The notes under the pieces are model-generated. The model did not search any database. It was not told the origin of the DNA and saw only the letters and a list, made by a program, of their open reading frames with translations. Of a stretch of 12,438 nucleotides of DNA, positions 8,204-12,438 are shown one piece after another. Within the stretch, counting starts at the first letter, position 1. Every line of letters begins with the position of its first letter. Position numbers and translations under genes: made by a program. The stretch is from Tolypothrix carrinoi HA7290-LM1 (GTDB taxonomy: Bacteria > Cyanobacteriota > Cyanobacteriia > Cyanobacteriales > Nostocaceae). The DNA is taken from NCBI GenBank assembly GCA_019358935.1, contig JAHHIK010000164.1, forward strand, positions 1-12,438, in the 5' to 3' direction.

Positions 8204-8214
8204 ACACATATACC

Positions 8215-8541
8215 ATGAAAACAGTTTACGAAACAATGTACATCCTGCGTCCTGACTTGGGAGAAGAACAGGTAGAGCAAGCAATCAATAAATACCAGAA
8301 CCTGCTTCGGGAGCAAGGTGCAGACAATATCGAAATTCAAAATCGCGGTAAGCGTCGTCTGGCTTATGAAATCAATCGAAACCGAGACGGCATCTACATC
8401 CAAATGAACTACACTGGACCTGGAGCGGCGATCGCTCCAATGGAACGCGCTATGCGTTTAAGCGAAGAAGTAATTCGCTACCTGACTATTAAGCAGGATA
8501 TCCCTCAGGAAAAACCAGAAGCAGAACCGGTCGCTTCATAA
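8215..8541 (+). CDS. rpsF: 30S ribosomal protein S6
   Basis: [20 protein letters not shown] and EEVIRYL; SD TAAGGAG. Confidence 0.98.
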   Translation: MKTVYETMYILRPDLGEEQVEQAINKYQNLLREQGADNIEIQNRGKRRLAYEINRNRDGIYIQMNYTGPGAAIAPMERAMRLSEEVIRYLTIKQDIPQEKPEAEPVAS

Positions 8542-8550
8542 TCACAGAAT

Positions 8551-8785
8551 AGGTAATGGGTAATGGTTAATGGGTAATGGGTAATGGGTAATGGTGAGCC
8601 AGCGCGGTCTTGGGGAGGCAGTGCGTTGGGCGGCTTCGCCGACTTGAAGCATCTGCCGTGGTCTCCCCCATGAGCGACTTCAGAACCCCGAAGGGGGTAA
8701 TGGGTAATGGGCAATGGGGAATGGGAATGAGAGATTTTTTCCATGCCCCATGCCCCATGCCCAATTACCAATTACCTATTCTCCA
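8551..8785. repeat. STRR heptamer block: (GGTAATG)n ... (CCCCATG)n/(CCAATTA)n, interrupted by nested mini-elements
   Basis: Tandem heptamers read directly after the rpsF stop codon. Confidence 0.9.
8594..8695 (+). mobile_element. Nested SDR-like elements: outer element interrupted by a 45-nt inner element at 8615..8659
   Basis: Deleting 8615..8659 restores a perfect TGGGGG-TCT-CCCCCA hairpin. The GGTAATG array resumes in register on both sides of 8594..8695. Confidence 0.7.
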
Positions 8786-8933
8786 ATCTTTTTTCACTCT
8801 TATAATAAATTTCTCTTTTTTTCTTTTTACGGATTTAGCTAAGAATGCTACATTAACAAGTACTTGCCAAGGGTAGTACCACTGCCGTTATACCTAAGGT
8901 GTCCAAGATTCTTAACTTTAACCGTAAGCCACT

Positions 8934-9494
8934 GTGAGCCAAGCTGACACCTCTACCATCCAAACTCTTTCTACGGAAGCATCCCAACTGCGCCAAGAGT
9001 TGCTTCTTCGCGATCAATTAGTACAACAGTTATCTCAAGAACTCTTTCGGCTAGTTAAGGGCAATACTAATTTTATGCCCCAACGGTCGGAGACTGAAGC
9101 AGATTTGAGTCAGTTGCAAGCATTGCGAGAACAACTCCAAGCCGTTGAGGAGCAAGTGACATTTTACCAAGAGCAGATTACGACTCGTGATGCCGAGATT
9201 TATCAATTACGGCAGACAGTACAAGAATTAAGCGATCGCAGTCGGATGTTGGAACAAGTAGTACAAGAATTACCGCAAATTTACCGACGTAAGTTTGAGG
9301 AACGTATGTCTCCAGTCAGAGAAAAAGTCGCAACCCTACAACGGGAAAATCGCCAACTGCAAGCAGAATTGCAAAGCGTCAGCTATCGGTTAGCACTCAA
9401 AACCCGCACCACTAGTCACAGCGGTATTGATTTGCCTAATTTTTCTCGTCCGGTATCCGATCAACCAAATATTTCTACCCCCCAGAATGCCTGA
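8934..9494 (+). CDS. Cyanobacterial coiled-coil protein (resembles the Npun_F5560 family, from recall)
   Basis: GTG start; Q/E/L/R-rich heptad pattern, e.g. RDQLVQQLSQELFRLVKGN. The family name comes from memory, not from a search. Confidence 0.8.
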   Translation: MSQADTSTIQTLSTEASQLRQELLLRDQLVQQLSQELFRLVKGNTNFMPQRSETEADLSQLQALREQLQAVEEQVTFYQEQITTRDAEIYQLRQTVQELSDRSRMLEQVVQELPQIYRRKFEERMSPVREKVATLQRENRQLQAELQSVSYRLALKTRTTSHSGIDLPNFSRPVSDQPNISTPQNA

Positions 9495-10045
9495 AGTTGT
9501 AACGAAAGCAACAAACTGCGGGGCAAAAAATTAGAAGATTCAATTTGACATCCTGTAAGTTAATCGTGTCAATTTTTTAATCGGTCAGCTTTAACTTTCT
9601 AGCTGCATAATTACAAAAAATATGTTAATATAATTAACTCTGTGGAAGTGGTTGGTACTTATTCTCTAAAAGTAAACAACCATAAAAGACAGGTAACATC
9701 AGTATTTCTTACAGGTAGAAGTAGCGATTGGTTATGGCTAACAAGTAACCATACCCAAACGTTATTGATATGGCGAGGTGATAGGGCTAGTTGAAGAAGT
9801 TATGCTGTGAAAAATTGCTCTATTAAATTTATTCTATGCATAACTTAAATTACTACCAGCCCTTGCATTTATCAGATGCGATTTGGATTATAAAAAGCGT
9901 GAAATTTATCTAAAACGACTGCGCTCGTTTATTGCTGAACCTGGACGGCAATCTAGGTATAAACAGTGATGTTTATTTAGAGCGTGATTGATAGTGCTTA
10001 ACTGCGCTTTTCGCCTCACCATTATTCTCTCTATGAGATATAATC

Positions 10046-10396
10046 TCAGCCTGATACCACCAAACTGGTATCATTGGCAATGGTGAATATATCTTGGTAA
10101 GTATCAAAAATTTCAAAAACAGAGTCTAGTTGGGTAAGTTCCAAAATTAACCGCACAGAAGCCGAACAATTGCAAATAACCAAGCGACAACCGCTTTGTC
10201 TAGCTATTTTCAGTCCTTTTACTAAGGGAACCAAGCCAGAACTATCCATTAAATCGACTTCAGCTAAATCAATAACCCAGAGTTGATCGCGCTGAGGCTT
10301 CACGGTAGCCATTTGTTCGCTCAAAGCCTTACCACCTTCTCTGTCTATGCTTCCTTGGGGTTTGAACAAAATCACTTGACATTCTTGTGCGATCAT
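10046..10396 (-). CDS. STAS domain anti-sigma factor antagonist (SpoIIAA/RsbV-like)
   Basis: VIDLAEVDLMDSSGL with the phosphorylatable Ser, and VRLILELTQLDSVFEIF. ATG at 10396 preferred over TTG at 10423. Confidence 0.9.
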   Translation of the reverse strand: MIAQECQVILFKPQGSIDREGGKALSEQMATVKPQRDQLWVIDLAEVDLMDSSGLVPLVKGLKIARQSGCRLVICNCSASVRLILELTQLDSVFEIFDTYQDIFTIANDTSLVVSG

Positions 10397-10841
10397 GAAT
10401 TTTACAGGGTAGTTGGAATTCAAAAAAACAGGAAAACAACATTAATACTGCTTTTCTTTCAATCAAAAGCTTACTGGTTTTACCTTATACCAAGGTTCAG
10501 ACAGCAATGCTTTTAAAAGAGATATCGTCAGTATTCATGCCGTATAATTTGTGTTAACTTTAATTAATATAGGCATAAGCTTCAAAGAAATTCGGTAACA
10601 TCCGTATCTTTTACTAAATTTTTATATTTTTTGTAGAGATTTATAAAGTTTATATAAATTTTTTGTGATTTTGTTACCGTAAATCTGCGGATATGATATG
10701 AAACCAGAGAAATTATAGAGAAAATGAATAATAATTATTGAATGTTGTCTATATAACAGGTGGAATTTAATTGACACACCACTGAGAAAAGAGCAAAGAT
10801 AGATAGTAAAAGTAAAAATTTGTTTCATATGGCGGTGCTGG

Positions 10842-11474
10842 ATGTCTCTTGAGTTTATATCGCTAGAAAACATCCAGGAAGTTGCCCACCAGTATGGTTA
10901 TTGGGCTGTATTTTTGGGAATTTTGTTAGAAAATTTAGGAATTCCCCTTCCTGGTGAAACGGTGACTTTAGTAGGTGGGTTTCTTGCTGGCAGTAATGAA
11001 TTGAATTATTGGCTGGTTTTGGGTGATGCGATCGCAGGTGCTGTGATTGGCGGTATCTGCGGCTATTGGATTGGTAGATTCGGCGGTTGGTCTTTTTTGT
11101 TGCGAGCTGGTAGCATTTTTCGGATTTCCGAACAGCGGCTACTGAATATTAAAGAGAAATTTAGTGAAAATGCTGGTAAAGCTGTATTTTTTGGGCGCTT
11201 TTTTGCATTACTGCGAATTTTCGCTTCGCCACTAGCAGGTATAGCTGAAATGCCCTTTGGTAAATTCTTTTTGTATAACTTAGCAGGGGCAACTACCTGG
11301 GCTAGTGCAATGGTGACATTAGCTTTCTTTGCGGGGAAAATTGTTCCCTTAGAACAATTGGTTGCTTGGGCAAGTCAATTTGCTCTAGCCGCGTTGCTAA
11401 TTCTGGTTGCAGTGATAGTTATACCACTGTGGCTGGAGGCTCGGCAAGCCAAGGAATTAGGGAGTGGGGAGTAG
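10842..11474 (+). CDS. DedA family membrane protein
   Basis: [28 protein letters not shown] and F..YN motif. Confidence 0.94.
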   Translation: MSLEFISLENIQEVAHQYGYWAVFLGILLENLGIPLPGETVTLVGGFLAGSNELNYWLVLGDAIAGAVIGGICGYWIGRFGGWSFLLRAGSIFRISEQRLLNIKEKFSENAGKAVFFGRFFALLRIFASPLAGIAEMPFGKFFLYNLAGATTWASAMVTLAFFAGKIVPLEQLVAWASQFALAALLILVAVIVIPLWLEARQAKELGSGE

Positions 11475-11635
11475 GGAATTGGGAATTGGGAATTGGGAAT
11501 TGGGAATTGGGAAAAAGGTAATTGGTAATTGGGCATTGGGGATTTCTCCTTGTCTCCTTGTCTCCTTGTCTCCTTGTCTCCCCATTCCCCATTCCCGATT
11601 ACCCATTCCCCATTCCCCATTACCCATTACCCATT
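11454..11635. repeat. STRR block: (GGGAATT)n, (TCTCCTTG)x4, (CCCCATT/CCCATTA)n, overlapping both flanking stop codons
   Basis: Tandem 7- and 8-mers read directly; G-rich arm then C-rich arm. Confidence 0.92.
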
Positions 11636-12438
11636 TTCACGCCGTTTGCAGTCAGGTTAGCGATCGCTTCTACCAAAATCATCGGCTCAACTGGTTTAGC
11701 TAGATAAAGTTGAAAGCCAGCTGCCAACGCCCATTTTTCATCTTCGTTTCTGCCATAAGCCGTCAAAGCGATCGCTCTTAGCATTTCGCCTTTTCCTGTC
11801 TCATTTAGCCTGATTTGACGAATCAAATCGTATCCATCGGCATCTGGCATTCCAATATCACTGATGAGTATATCTGGCTTGAGTGTTTCCAAAACTTGCA
11901 AAGCTTTCTTAACTGAGGAAACTGCTGTTACTTTTGCACCTTCCTCTTCTAAAATCATCGACAGCAACTCGAGCGTATCATCGTCATCATCAACAGCCAG
12001 CACTTGCACCCCATTGAGAAGTTGAGTTGCGTTGAATGAGACTTCATCTTTATTAGTTGGTGCATTGTTTAATTGAGGTTCAACAGTCGCAAGTGGTAGA
12101 CGCACTGTAAAAGTTGCTCCCTGTCCTTTTCCTTTACTTTCTGCTGTGACAGTTCCCCCGTGAAGTTCCACTAATTGCCGAACGATCGCTAATCCTAAAC
12201 CAAGTCCATTGCGAGAGTGGGAAAATTTACTATCTGCTTGGCGAAATCGCTCGAAAATATAGGGGAGAAAGTCCGAGGTAATACCTTCACCTGTATCGCT
12301 GACTGTAATTTGGGCATGGGGGGATGGGGAGGGGGGAGAGGGGGGAGAGGGGGAGGACAAGGGAGAAATTCCTGTTTGTCCCCCTTGTCCCCCGTGTGCC
12401 CCGGGGGCCCCGGGGGCCCCGGGGGGCCCGGGGGCCCC
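11620..12438 (-). CDS. Hybrid sensor histidine kinase/response regulator, C-terminal part (5' truncated)
   Basis: HATPase G1 (DTGEGI), F (IFERF) and G2 (GLGLGL) boxes. Receiver domain with VDDD, ISDIGMP, ALTA and KP. The frame has no stop from 12360 to the window end. Confidence 0.9.
   Translation of the reverse strand, partial: GAPGPPGAPGAPGAHGGQGGQTGISPLSSPSPPSPPSPSPHAQITVSDTGEGITSDFLPYIFERFRQADSKFSHSRNGLGLGLAIVRQLVELHGGTVTAESKGKGQGATFTVRLPLATVEPQLNNAPTNKDEVSFNATQLLNGVQVLAVDDDDDTLELLSMILEEEGAKVTAVSSVKKALQVLETLKPDILISDIGMPDADGYDLIRQIRLNETGKGEMLRAIALTAYGRNEDEKWALAAGFQLYLAKPVEPMILVEAIANLTANGVKMGNG
12311..12438. repeat. G/C-rich 9-mer repeats (GGGGGAGAG, TTGTCCCCC, GCCCCGGGG) within the kinase frame
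   Basis: Direct reading. GGACAAGGGAGA and TCCCCCTTGTCC form an imperfect inverted pair. Confidence 0.8.

Larger units (their letters stand above)
1100..11775. repeat. HIP1 octamers (GCGATCGC), 13 dispersed copies
   Basis: Copies start at 1100, 2199, 2902, 2981, 4858, 6044, 7150, 7504, 8428, 9232, 11028, 11660 and 11768 (manual count). Confidence 0.9.

Noticed and set aside
482..8403. Short shadow ORFs (482..709, 555..746, 1220..1408, 2879..3112, 4163..4438, 5617..5862, 7620..7826, 8038..8403)
   Set aside because: They overlap well-supported genes in antisense or alternative frames and show no recognisable motifs.
8505..8876. Three ORFs (8505..8771, 8567..8764, 8610..8876)
   Set aside because: They are translations of STRR repeats and mini-elements (PITHYP, MGNG patterns).
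8857..8880. CAAGTACTTG palindrome and GGGTAGTACC (LexA box or SigF/SigJ-type -10)
   Set aside because: Spacing does not fit the cyanobacterial LexA box, and the sigma-motif match is too weak to call.
10726..10740. Fur-box-like AATAAT-A-ATTATT upstream of DedA
   Set aside because: Only a partial match to the 7-1-7 consensus in very AT-rich DNA; expected by chance.
10283..10873. ORFs 10283..10516 (+) and 10622..10873 (-)
   Set aside because: They overlap the STAS and DedA starts in antisense, lie in AT-rich promoter DNA and have no protein-like features.
11375..11707. Three ORFs over the DedA/kinase junction
   Set aside because: Repeat-derived low-complexity translations overlapping real genes.
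12358..12360. TTG start of the kinase ORF given by the track
   Set aside because: The frame stays open upstream and the N box and HisKA domain are missing, so the gene begins outside the window.
12400..12438. Collagen-like GAPGPPGAP repeat from the G/C-only terminal run
   Set aside because: It lies at the extreme end, where GCCCCGTGT-like units turn into GCCCCGGGG. This fits low-quality base calls at a contig end, so the exact sequence is unreliable.

Overview
Chromosomal segment of a filamentous heterocystous-type cyanobacterium (Nostocales-like). The assignment rests on 13 HIP1 octamers (GCGATCGC) and several STRR-type heptamer repeat blocks. The window starts inside a 5S rRNA gene and ends in a G/C-only repeat, so it is probably a whole contig. 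Gene order: 5S rRNA 3' part and terminator; AT-rich orphan ORF (-); Uma2 endonuclease (+); cinA, WecA/TagO-like GT4 transferase and glyA (all -); 65-aa four-Cys protein and Tic20-family protein (+); FAH-family hydrolase (-); rpsF (+); coiled-coil protein (+); STAS anti-anti-sigma factor (-); DedA (+); C-terminal part of a hybrid histidine kinase (-). The coding content is mostly ordinary housekeeping, and I see no multi-gene novel system. The notable signals are non-coding: a family of 45-nt hairpin mini-elements inserted in register in heptamer arrays (one nested inside another), an S6:S18-type structured leader before a stand-alone rpsF, an in-frame repeat expansion inside the kinase ATPase domain, a 21-bp direct repeat flanking the STAS gene, and perfect CRP- and NtcA-type boxes in unexpected places.
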